A stretch of DNA of 64,000 nucleotides from an uncultured Actinomycetes bacterium. Lineage in GTDB: Bacteria > Actinomycetota > Thermoleophilia > UBA2241. Positions 53,072 to 64,000 of this stretch are shown here, piece by piece. The translations under genes and the position numbers were made by a program. The stretch spans positions 96,001 through 160,000 of the forward strand of contig CAVYCN010000006.1 in assembly GCA_963767005.1 (NCBI GenBank), in the 5' to 3' direction. The first letter of the stretch is position 1. Each line of letters opens with the position of its first letter. The notes beneath the pieces were generated by a model. It was not told where the DNA came from, did no database searches, and worked only from the letters and a program-made list of their open reading frames with translations.

Positions 53072-55117
53072 CTACGGGTTGGCGGTCGGCGCGAGGGCCG
53101 TGTCGAGCGCGCTGCGCGAGTCGTCGTCGAAGCGGTCGAGGGCCAGGGCGCGGCGCAGCGAGACTGCGGCCTGGGCGCGCTGCCCGAACACGTTGAGCTG
53201 CATCACGCCGAGCTCGTACCAGGTGGCGTAGTTGCGCGGCTGCAGGTGGGCGGCGCGATCGAGCGTCGCCAGGGCCGCGCCCGCCCGGCCCTGCTGCTGC
53301 TCGACCTGGGCGAGCGTGAAGAGCGGGTCGACCGCCAGCGGGTCGAGGTGGTGGGCCCGGTCCGCCTGGGTCGCGGCCGCCGCCAGGCGGCCGCGACCGG
53401 CCAGCGCGACGGCCTGCGACAGGGCGCGCTGCGACAGCCAGGGCGCGAGAAAGCTGAGCCCGACGAGCACGACGACGCCGGTCGCGAAGGCGCGCGAGGC
53501 CGCGCCGAACGGCAAGCCGGCGCGGTCCGGGGCCGGCGGCCGCCGTCCCCGGACGTAGGCCGCGGCCACGCAGACGAACAGCAGGAACAGCAGGGCGGCG
53601 GCGGCCATGTCCCAGTCCCAGTCGATCGTCATGTGGACGACGAAGGCGAGCGCCGCCGCCTGCAGCGCGGCGAGCAGGCCGCGGTCTGCGTCGCGGGCGG
53701 CGCGGCCGACCGGCCGCAGGGCACCGAGCAGCAGGCCGCCCAGCGCGATCACGAAGAGCGCAAGCCCCACGGCCCCGAGCTCGCTCAGAACGTTGATCCA
53801 CTGGTCGTGGGCGTGCTTGACGATGTACGAGGCGTCGGGCCGGTACAGGAAGTTCGTGAAGCGGAACGTGCCGGCGCCGGTGCCGGCCAGCGGGTGGTGG
53901 GTGAAGCTGCGCAGGCCCTCGCGCGCCATCGGGATGCGACCGTTGTTGCCCAGCGAGAGCAGCCGGCCGGCGCTGCTCGAGCCGAGACTCCCGCTCTCAT
54001 CCGACGACGAGAACTGGCGGGCGACGCGGTGCCCGATGCCGCCGAAGCCACCGTTGCGGGCGGCGTAGGCGGACAGGCCGACGGCGCCGGCCGCGACCAC
54101 CGCGACGAGCACGACGGCGCCCACCGCCAGGCGCCGGCGACCGGCGAGCCGGACGCGCCGGGTGAGCACGGCGGCGGCGGCCTGGGCGGCGATCGTCACG
54201 GCGACCGCGACGATCAGCGTGCGGCCGAAGGCGTGGCCCTGGGCGGTGCGCAGGGCGTCGTCGGTCGTCGCGTTGAAGAGCGTGTGCAGGTGCCGGGCAT
54301 GCGCCAGGGCCGCCGCCACCGGCGCGGCCGCGAGCGCCAGGCTGAGGACGCCCTGCAAGCGTTCGTTGGTGAGCGCGAAGTACACGGCGAGGGCCAGGAC
54401 CAGGGCCAGCGTGCCGCCCCGCGAGAACGTGAAGAAGAGGGTGCACAGGAAGAGGGCCAGAGCGCCGGCGCAGGCGCCTCGCGCCGCGGCCGGCAGGCCG
54501 CGGCGCGAGGCGCCCTCGAGCGCCGGCAGCGCGGCCATCATCATCATCACGGCGAGCACGTTCCAGTAGCCCACGGGAGCACTCAGGCGAGCGTAGAGGT
54601 GGGCGTGCGTAACCAGGTCGGGCAACACTTTTCCGAGGAGCGCGTAGACGGCCACAGGGGTCATCGCCGCCACCGCGCCGTAGCCGGCCAGGCGGAGCTG
54701 CGCGGGGCCCGCCGGCGTAGCGCCCAGCACGCAGGCGGCGATCAGGTAGAGCACGGTGACGTCGAAGGCCAGCCACGACAGGTCGGGCCCCACCGACCAC
54801 GCGATCGACAGGCCCTCCCAGAGGGTGAACAGGGCGAAGGCCGAGAGGCCGGTCAGGACCGGTCCGCCCAGCCTGAGGCGGCGCGGCGCGAGCCAGACGC
54901 ACACGACGATCATCGGCAAAACGACGAATACGACCGGCGCCGTTCGGGAAAACACATAGCCGCCTGAGAGGAACGACAGCGCGGCGACCACGACCAGGGC
55001 CACCGCGGCCGGCAGGCAGCGCAGCACCCGCGACCGAAGGCTTGACACGGCGGCGTCGCGGGGCTCGCGTACGGCCGCGGGCGGGCCGCTCGGGGTGGCT
55101 GCGGGAAGCTCCTCCAC
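53072..55117 (-). CDS. O-antigen ligase/O-oligosaccharyltransferase-like membrane protein with TPR-like tail (copy 2)
   Basis: Same motifs as 23605-25686 (GYWN, TFSRGG, TLFNATTDDALRTAQGHA, HAH, DWDW, QPRNY); TATAAT 6 nt before GTG. Confidence 0.85.
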   Translation of the reverse strand: MEELPAATPSGPPAAVREPRDAAVSSLRSRVLRCLPAAVALVVVAALSFLSGGYVFSRTAPVVFVVLPMIVVCVWLAPRRLRLGGPVLTGLSAFALFTLWEGLSIAWSVGPDLSWLAFDVTVLYLIAACVLGATPAGPAQLRLAGYGAVAAMTPVAVYALLGKVLPDLVTHAHLYARLSAPVGYWNVLAVMMMMAALPALEGASRRGLPAAARGACAGALALFLCTLFFTFSRGGTLALVLALAVYFALTNERLQGVLSLALAAAPVAAALAHARHLHTLFNATTDDALRTAQGHAFGRTLIVAVAVTIAAQAAAAVLTRRVRLAGRRRLAVGAVVLVAVVAAGAVGLSAYAARNGGFGGIGHRVARQFSSSDESGSLGSSSAGRLLSLGNNGRIPMAREGLRSFTHHPLAGTGAGTFRFTNFLYRPDASYIVKHAHDQWINVLSELGAVGLALFVIALGGLLLGALRPVGRAARDADRGLLAALQAAALAFVVHMTIDWDWDMAAAALLFLLFVCVAAAYVRGRRPPAPDRAGLPFGAASRAFATGVVVLVGLSFLAPWLSQRALSQAVALAGRGRLAAAATQADRAHHLDPLAVDPLFTLAQVEQQQGRAGAALATLDRAAHLQPRNYATWYELGVMQLNVFGQRAQAAVSLRRALALDRFDDDSRSALDTALAPTANP

Positions 55118-55250
55118 GGCTGCATTATACGGTCTCGAGTGATCGGCCGAACGGCGGGCGAAGGGCCGGCCGCCGTGGCAATCGTCCGAAGTGCATGGTA
55201 TCGTGCTCGGACAAGCGCAGTGGACCGGCCCGCACTTTGGAGGGGGTCAC

Positions 55251-55625
55251 ATGAAGACCAGAGTCCTGACCGTCGCAGTCCTCACGGTCATCGCGATGCT
55301 CATGCTCGTCAGCGTCGCGCAGGCCGTGTCGTCTACGACCACGGCGATCATCAAGGATGCCCAGGACGGGCATCTCGACGGCAACTACACGGCGGCTCAG
55401 GTGCAGGCGGCTCTCAACTACCTGAAGAGCGACCCCTCGCTCCTGATGTACTCCAACGTCGAGGGCGTCCTCACCGACTTCCTGTCGAGCCAGGGCGCGC
55501 CGGCCGCGCAGAACGGCGGCCTCATGTTCACGGGCGGCTCGACCATCGTGGTCTTCGCCTGCGGCCTCGCGCTCATGGGCGGCGGATTGCTGTTACGCAG
55601 GCGACTCGCGGCGAGCGCCTCCTAG
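55251..55625 (+). CDS. Small secreted protein with LMFTG sortase-like C-terminal signal (copy 2)
   Basis: GGAGG RBS; signal peptide ending AQA; LMFTG + TM + RRR; paralog of 22997-23416. Confidence 0.8.
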   Translation: MKTRVLTVAVLTVIAMLMLVSVAQAVSSTTTAIIKDAQDGHLDGNYTAAQVQAALNYLKSDPSLLMYSNVEGVLTDFLSSQGAPAAQNGGLMFTGGSTIVVFACGLALMGGGLLLRRRLAASAS

Positions 55626-55731
55626 CGCGGCAAGCTCACATCACCGCAGTACCACGGGCGCCCCGGCAACGAGGCGCCCGTCGTCTGTCCGGGACCGTGT
55701 CAGCGACGACGGCCGCGCGAGGGCCCGCCGC

Positions 55732-57516
55732 TCAGCCGGGCAGCACGACCGTGAGGGGTCCCGAGCTGCTCGACGACCGCACGATCTGCGCCGGGTGCAA
55801 GCCGAGGTCGCCGGCCAGCGCGCGCGCCAGGATACGGTCCGTGCCGCCGTAGTGCACCGTGGTCTCCCCCGCCGATGTGCTCGAGGTCGAGCCGCGCCGG
55901 GCCGCCCAGCCGTCGACCTGCAGGCGCGCCGCGAGCCGGTCGGCAGCCGCGGCCGGTCCGACGATCACGACTCTGGTGAGCGTACGCCGGTAGTACGTCA
56001 CCCCGAGTCCCGCGGCCGGCAGCCGCGGCGCGAAGAACTCAGGCTGCACGGCGCGCACGAACGTCGCGGCGTCGAGCCGCGCCCACGCCCTGACGACGCT
56101 CGCCGTGAGCGGCGCGATGGTCGTGGTCGGCGCCGGCGACGAGTGGCCGGACGGCGTCGTCGTGGGGCTCGCCGCCGCGGTCGTGCCCGGCGACGGTGCC
56201 GCGCTCGCGGCCGAGCTCGCGGTCGCGCCCGGCGAAGCGCCGGCGCCCGTCGCGACGGTGTCCGCCGCGATGGCGGTCGCGACCGGCGACAGGGGCAGAC
56301 CGGCGACCGTGGTCTGAGCGGCGATCGCACCGTTGATCGCGGCGCCGGCGCCGGGCGCCTGCGACACCACCGCGGGGAGCTGCGCCGTGCGCACGGCCCC
56401 GAGCGCGGCGCCCAGCACCTCGGTGGTGCGCGAGACGGTCGGCACGCCGGTAGCCGTGCGGCCGACGGCCACGACGACCCCGAGCGAGGAGCGACGCGCG
56501 CCCGACAGGGCGCGCGTCGCCGCGCCCGGCGTGCCGCAGCGCACCATCTCGACGCTTACGCCCTTCGTGCCGTAGGAGCGCAGCGCGCGGGCGAAGGCGG
56601 CGCGGTAGACGGCCGCCCAGCGGCCGAGCGGCGAGGTCAGCACCTCGACCGTGGGCGACGGAGTGACGGTGCCCACGGTCGCCCCGAAGACCGGCGACAT
56701 CGCGTCGGCGTCGAGCGCGAGGCGCAGCGACAGCAGGCTGCGGTCCTGGGCGAGCCAGCGCTCGTAGGCGCCGCGGCGCGCGACGGTGGCCGGCAGCGAG
56801 GTCGTGACCAGGTCGCCGGCATCGGCGAGGCCGAGGGCCGTCCCGACCGCCGACGCGGCCTGCAGCGTGAGCCCGGTCGACACGTCGCGCGCGCCCAGGA
56901 TGTAGTTCACGAAGCCGACGAGGTTGACCTGGCCGGCCACGCCCTCGCGCAGCAGCTCGCGCAGGTAGGCGACCTGGCGGGTGAGGGCCAGGGTGGACGG
57001 CTGCGCCGTCGACCACACTCCGGCCAGCGGCAGCGCCCTGGCGTGGGTCGGCCGCGAGTACTGCGTGACAAAGCCGGGCAACGCCGTGCGCACCGACAGC
57101 GGGTCGATCTCGAGCCACGACCCGAACGACACCGACAGGGTCTTCGACAGGGCCTTCGTCGCCACCTTGGGGCCGGCGTCGTCGACGATCGTGGCGAGCG
57201 GCTGCAGGCCGGCGCCGGACTGGTAGCAGGCCAGGCGGGCCGGCACCACCACGGCTGTGAACTCCGGCAGGTCGTAGTCGATGTGCAGCCACACGGCGCC
57301 CGCGCACCCTTCGGCGCCGGGCCCCTTGAGGTAGATGGCGATGTCGCGCGGCGGCGGCGGCGGCGCGAGCGGCGGCCGCGACGCCACGGCCGGCACGACC
57401 CGGTGCCAGGGTCCGGGCGTGGCCAGCAGGATGATCACGCCCAGGGTGACGAGCACGCCGAGCAGGAGCACGGCCCAGGAGTCGAGGCGTCGGAACGCGG
57501 CCGGCCGCGGACTCAC
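55732..57516 (-). CDS. Divergent LCP-like membrane-anchored protein with C-terminal LytR_C-like domain
   Basis: TM anchor; weak LCP echoes (VVVPARL, RQVAYLRELL); tail TTVHYG..ARALAGDLG..LTVVL; GTGA overlap with the LCP stop. Confidence 0.6.
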   Translation of the reverse strand: MSPRPAAFRRLDSWAVLLLGVLVTLGVIILLATPGPWHRVVPAVASRPPLAPPPPPRDIAIYLKGPGAEGCAGAVWLHIDYDLPEFTAVVVPARLACYQSGAGLQPLATIVDDAGPKVATKALSKTLSVSFGSWLEIDPLSVRTALPGFVTQYSRPTHARALPLAGVWSTAQPSTLALTRQVAYLRELLREGVAGQVNLVGFVNYILGARDVSTGLTLQAASAVGTALGLADAGDLVTTSLPATVARRGAYERWLAQDRSLLSLRLALDADAMSPVFGATVGTVTPSPTVEVLTSPLGRWAAVYRAAFARALRSYGTKGVSVEMVRCGTPGAATRALSGARRSSLGVVVAVGRTATGVPTVSRTTEVLGAALGAVRTAQLPAVVSQAPGAGAAINGAIAAQTTVAGLPLSPVATAIAADTVATGAGASPGATASSAASAAPSPGTTAAASPTTTPSGHSSPAPTTTIAPLTASVVRAWARLDAATFVRAVQPEFFAPRLPAAGLGVTYYRRTLTRVVIVGPAAAADRLAARLQVDGWAARRGSTSSTSAGETTVHYGGTDRILARALAGDLGLHPAQIVRSSSSSGPLTVVLPG

Positions 57517-59291
57517 TTGACGCGCGTGAACGACGTGGCGAGCGCCATCATCGCAGCGTTGCTGATCTCGTCGGTGGCGGTGTTGTCGAGCGTGTTCGTC
57601 AACCAGCAGAGCGTGTTGCTCTTCACCCAGGCGACCATGTGGAGCTGGCCGCCGTTGTAGAACTGCAGGTACTTGACGCCCTTCACCGTCTTGGTCGCGT
57701 CGGGCGACGCGATCGCCGGCGGGTCGAGCCAGCGCATCTCCTCGATGTGCCAGTAGCCGCCGCTCGTCGTGGTGCCCACGACGACGAGCGCCCCCTTGTT
57801 GCCGTGCGGCGTGGGGATCGAGTAGGTGCGCGCCATCGCCCAGTCGTAGGAGTAACCCGGCACCCAGGACGTCGGCATGAACACCTTGAGGCGGGTCCGC
57901 GACGAAAGCTGCTTCCACGCGGCAGCGTCCTCGGAGACGTGCGCCTGGGCGACGGGGCCGGTCTGCTGGGTCGCAGCCTGGGGCAGCACGAGCGAACCCG
58001 TGTACGAGGAGCCCAGCACGACCGAGACGCCGGTCTGCACGCCGGCCGCGCGCGGCACCGTGACGACGTGGCTCGGTGGCAGCATGGCCGCGAGCACCCG
58101 GGCATTGCCGATGTAGCCCTCGGTCGCATAGACGGTGTTCGCCTGCGTGTCGCTCTGCACGACGTCGCCGGCGACGACCGCGTCGTAGCCCTGTCTGGTC
58201 AGCAGATGCGCGCAGGCGGCGGCGCTGCCGGCGGCGGCGCCGCCGTTGCTCACCGCGACCGTGAAGCTCGTCTTGGCCTGTGTCTCGACGCTGGGCTCCT
58301 GCACCGGCGGGCGCTCGGGGTGCATGAACTGGTCGACGACCGCCGCGACGTCGGCCGGCGAGGCCTCGAGCTCGTCGGCGCCGTTCACGACGATCGGGCT
58401 GCCCTGGAGGTGGACCTGGTAGATGTGCGACGTGTTCACCGACATCGCGAGCTGGACGAGCGTGAGGAGCTGGCGCAGCGAGGTGACGTCGGTGATGGTC
58501 GTCTTGGCGAGCATGTGGATGAGCTGCGGGAACTTGAGCACGTTCTGCCAGCGCAACGCCTGGCGCTTGAGCTCGCGCAGGAACATCTGCTGGCGCTGCA
58601 TGCGGCCCCAGTCACCGAGCTGGTCGTGACGGTAGCGCACGAAGGAGAGGGCGTCGGCACCGTCGAGCCGCTGATAGCCGGCCTGGATGTCGATCGACGA
58701 GTACCCCGTGATCGCCGTGTTGTTGTAGTACTGACGGTCGACGTCCAGGTACACGCCGCCGAGGTAGTTGACCACGTCCTTGAAGCCGGTGAAGTTGACG
58801 TCCATGAAGTGGTTGACCGGCAGGCCGGTGAGCGCCTTGAAGGTCTTCACCGAGAGCTGCGCGCCGCCGTCGGAGTAGGCGGCGTTGATGCGGTCGAGGC
58901 CCCAGCCCGGGATCTCGACGCGCAGGTCACGCGGTATCGACAACATCGAGATGCTCCTGGTGCGCGGGTCGATGCGCACCAGCATGATGGTGTCGGAGCG
59001 GCCCTTGTCGCCGACGAGGTTCGAACGCCGGTCGCTGCCCAGCACCAGGATGTTGACCGGCGCGTGAGTGCCGTGCGTGACCGTGAGCTCGTGCTTGACC
59101 GACGAGATGATGTGCTTGACGGCCGGGCTCGACGACGGCGTCGAGATCGCGCTCTGCAGGTAGCCGGTCGCCATGCCGACCGTGGCAGCCGCGGCGACCA
59201 CGATGACCAGGACGGTCCACTTGAGGACCCGGACCCAGATGGGTGCGACCGGCTTGCGGGGCGTCACGGTGTAGCGGCTGTACTGCGGCAC
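57513..59291 (-). CDS. LytR-CpsA-Psr (LCP) glycopolymer transferase with LytR_C and an extra C-terminal domain
   Basis: LGSDRR, RSDTIM, SIPRD, RINAAY, VRYRH and DWGRMQRQQ. Confidence 0.93.
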   Translation of the reverse strand: MPQYSRYTVTPRKPVAPIWVRVLKWTVLVIVVAAAATVGMATGYLQSAISTPSSSPAVKHIISSVKHELTVTHGTHAPVNILVLGSDRRSNLVGDKGRSDTIMLVRIDPRTRSISMLSIPRDLRVEIPGWGLDRINAAYSDGGAQLSVKTFKALTGLPVNHFMDVNFTGFKDVVNYLGGVYLDVDRQYYNNTAITGYSSIDIQAGYQRLDGADALSFVRYRHDQLGDWGRMQRQQMFLRELKRQALRWQNVLKFPQLIHMLAKTTITDVTSLRQLLTLVQLAMSVNTSHIYQVHLQGSPIVVNGADELEASPADVAAVVDQFMHPERPPVQEPSVETQAKTSFTVAVSNGGAAAGSAAACAHLLTRQGYDAVVAGDVVQSDTQANTVYATEGYIGNARVLAAMLPPSHVVTVPRAAGVQTGVSVVLGSSYTGSLVLPQAATQQTGPVAQAHVSEDAAAWKQLSSRTRLKVFMPTSWVPGYSYDWAMARTYSIPTPHGNKGALVVVGTTTSGGYWHIEEMRWLDPPAIASPDATKTVKGVKYLQFYNGGQLHMVAWVKSNTLCWLTNTLDNTATDEISNAAMMALATSFTRVK

Positions 59292-59390
59292 GCTGGCAGG
59301 GCTCCGTCAGGTGACGTGGATGAGCTTCGTGGCTCGGTGCCACCGGGCGATTGTACCGCACGCGACGCCCACGCGGAGGACCGTCGGGTG

Positions 59391-59428
59391 CCGGCGCGCC
59401 GGCGGGCGGAGCCTGCCGGCGCGCCGGC
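59391..59428. terminator. GC-rich hairpin downstream of murA
   Basis: CCGGCGCGCCGGC-GGGCGGAGCCT-GCCGGCGCGCCGG. Confidence 0.45.
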
Positions 59429-59452
59429 GCGGCGCCGGTAAGCTCGCGTTCG

Positions 59453-60733
59453 TCAGGCCGGCGCGCCGGTACGCTCGACGTCGGCGCCGAGCGCGGTGAG
59501 CTTGGCGTCGAAATCCTCGTAGCCGCGGTCGATGTGATGCAGGCCGCGCACCTCTGTCGTGCCCTCGGCGGCAAGGCCGGCGATCGCGAGGGCCGCGCCG
59601 CCGCGCAGGTCGGGCGCCTCGACCACGCTGCCGGTGAGCTGGCGCGGGCCCGACACGACGGCGTGGTGGCCGCTCGTGGTGATGCCGGCTCCGAGACGGT
59701 TGAGCTCGTCGACCACCGCGAAGCGGTTCTCGAAGACGTTCTCGGTGACGATCGACGTGCCGTCGGCGAGCGACAGGGCGACCATGAACTGGGCCTGCAG
59801 GTCGGTGGCGAAGCCGGGGTGAGGCAGCGTCGAGACGTCGACCGGACGCAGGCCGCCGAGGACGTGCGCGCGGATCGTGCGAGCGCCCTCGTCGACCTGC
59901 ACGCCCATGGCGCGCAGCTTGTTCAGGAACAGCTCGAGGCAGGCCGGGCTGAGGCCCTCGACGGCCACATCGCCGCCAGTCACGACGCCGGCCAGCAGGT
60001 AGGTGCCGGCCTCGATGCGGTCGGCGATCACCTCGTGGATCGCGCCGTGCAGCTCGTGGCCGCCCTCGATCGTGATCGAACTCGTGCCGGCGCCCTGGAT
60101 CTGGGCGCCCATCGACATGAGGAACTTGGCGAGGTCGACGATCTCGGGCTCGCGCGCGGCGTTCTCGATGACGGTCGTGCCGCGCGCCGCGGTGGCCGCC
60201 ATCAGCAGGTTCTCGGTGGCCCCCACGCTGGGATAGTCGAGCGGCACGGCCGCGCCGCGCAGGCCGTCGCAGGTGACCTCGATGAAGCCATGCTCGATCT
60301 CGATGTTCGCGCCCAGACGCTGCAGCCCGCGGATGTGGAAGTCGATGCGGCGCGGGCCGATGTTGCAGCCGCCCGGCATGGCGATCATCGCCCGCCCGAG
60401 GCGCGCGACCATCGGGCCCATCACGATGATGCTGGCCCGCATGCGGCGCACGAGCTCATACGGCGCGCGATCGTTGAGCTCGCCCGACGGATCGATGCGC
60501 AGCTCGCCGTCATCGAAGGTGACCTCGACGCCGAGGGCGCCGAGCATGTCGATCATGGTGAAGACGTCGGCGATGCGCGGCACGCGGCGGATGGTCGACG
60601 GCTCGGCGGCCAGCAAGCTGGCCGCCATGAGCTTGAGCGCCGAGTTCTTGGCGCCCGACAGCTCGATCGTGCCCTCGAGCCGGCGCCCGCCGCGCACGAG
60701 CAGCGAGCGGCCCTCCTGCGTGACGGCGGTCAT
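59453..60733 (-). CDS. murA: UDP-N-acetylglucosamine 1-carboxyvinyltransferase
   Basis: SGAKNS, MRAS, PGGCNIGPR (Cys-type active site), SVGATEN, DLRGGA and HIDRGY. Confidence 0.97.
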   Translation of the reverse strand: MTAVTQEGRSLLVRGGRRLEGTIELSGAKNSALKLMAASLLAAEPSTIRRVPRIADVFTMIDMLGALGVEVTFDDGELRIDPSGELNDRAPYELVRRMRASIIVMGPMVARLGRAMIAMPGGCNIGPRRIDFHIRGLQRLGANIEIEHGFIEVTCDGLRGAAVPLDYPSVGATENLLMAATAARGTTVIENAAREPEIVDLAKFLMSMGAQIQGAGTSSITIEGGHELHGAIHEVIADRIEAGTYLLAGVVTGGDVAVEGLSPACLELFLNKLRAMGVQVDEGARTIRAHVLGGLRPVDVSTLPHPGFATDLQAQFMVALSLADGTSIVTENVFENRFAVVDELNRLGAGITTSGHHAVVSGPRQLTGSVVEAPDLRGGAALAIAGLAAEGTTEVRGLHHIDRGYEDFDAKLTALGADVERTGAPA

Positions 60734-60798
60734 GGCCGGATCACGACCTCGCATGCATGTCGCCTGCGTCGCCCCTCTTCCCCGGGCGACGCCCTGCA

Positions 60799-61227
60799 TC
60801 ATACACGGGCCGCGACCCTGAGCCGGTTCTCGGCCCGACGCAACGCCTGCTCGGCCTTGTAGAAGTCGACCTCGGCCTGGGCGCCGGGGTCGTCGCGGCG
60901 CGCGAGCCGGTCCTCGGCCCGCTTGCGGGCCGCCTCGGCTCGCGCGACGTCGATACGGTCGGCCTGCTCGGCCTGGTCGACGACGAGCAGCACCTTGTCG
61001 AAGAGGACCTGGATGTAACCGATGCCGGTGGCGAAGCGCTGCCAGGTGCCGCCGGGGAGCTGGACCCGCGTCTCGCCGATCGCCGCCAGCGTGACGAGCG
61101 GCTCGTGCTGCGGCAGAAAGCCGAGCTCGCCTTCGACGCCCGGTACGATGACCATGCTGGCCTCGCCGTTGTACACCGAGCCGTCGGGCGTGACCATCTC
61201 GACGGTGAGCCTGCGCTCGTCGGACAC
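60799..61227 (-). CDS. atpC: ATP synthase epsilon subunit
   Basis: VTPDG..PGVEGELGFLPQHEP; operon position. Confidence 0.93.
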   Translation of the reverse strand: MSDERRLTVEMVTPDGSVYNGEASMVIVPGVEGELGFLPQHEPLVTLAAIGETRVQLPGGTWQRFATGIGYIQVLFDKVLLVVDQAEQADRIDVARAEAARKRAEDRLARRDDPGAQAEVDFYKAEQALRRAENRLRVAARV

Positions 61228-61229
61228 GG

Positions 61230-63664
<2,435 letters not shown>

Positions 63665-63670
63665 GCGGAC

Positions 63671-64000
63671 CTACCCCTCGGTCGCCTTGGCCAGCTCGGG
63701 CGCCGGCTCGCTCGCCGCGGCGGCCGGCGCCGCCGCGCTCGCCGCCGGACCGTGGCTGTCGACCGGCGCCACCGACTTGCGAAACTCGGCGATGTCGGCG
63801 CGCAGCGTCGCCTCGGTCTCGTCGTCGAGCTCCTTGCTGTCGCGCATCTTCTTGGCCACCTCGGGGTGCTGCGCCTTGACGTAGCTCACGAGGCCCTCGA
63901 GGAACGTGCGCACGTTCTCGACCGGGATGTCGTCGAGGAAGCCCTGCGTACCGGCGTAGATCTGGATGACCTGCTCCTCGACCGGCATGGGCACGTAGCG
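63671..64000 (-). CDS. atpA: ATP synthase alpha subunit, C-terminal part (runs off the window)
   Basis: PMPVEEQVIQIYAGTQGFLDDIPV; directly upstream of atpG. Confidence 0.92.
   Translation of the reverse strand, partial: RYVPMPVEEQVIQIYAGTQGFLDDIPVENVRTFLEGLVSYVKAQHPEVAKKMRDSKELDDETEATLRADIAEFRKSVAPVDSHGPAASAAAPAAAASEPAPELAKATEG

Overview
Very GC-rich bacterial chromosomal segment. Gene order (atp operon then murA; comF-hpf-secA-prfB), the retained RF2 frameshift and the LCP architecture suggest a deep-branching actinobacterium such as Thermoleophilia (inference). Contents: (1) 1-8.3 kb: MFS and PiT/DUF47 phosphate transport, a PIG-V-like mannosyltransferase, a secreted clan GH-A hydrolase and an L,D-transpeptidase. 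(2) 8.4-25.7 kb: a large Wzx-type surface-glycan cluster. (3) 25.8-31.0 kb: a decayed accessory patch next to the 3' end of tRNA-Val(GAC), with an IS3 relic carrying a nested IS110 fragment, an unannotated Cys-rich mini-gene and a fluoride riboswitch-antiporter unit. (4) M15 peptidase and a TetR-controlled ABC/YhgE operon. (5) Minus-strand housekeeping run from atpA to prfB, with a RES-Xre toxin-antitoxin pair between secA and prfB. The best candidate for an undescribed system is a two-gene module present twice (23.0-25.7 kb and 53.1-55.6 kb): a small secreted protein with an LxxTG sortase-like tail, divergently paired with an O-antigen-ligase/TPR enzyme. It suggests dedicated glycan transfer onto a wall-anchored carrier protein. 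All calls are from motif recognition by eye; no searches were run.
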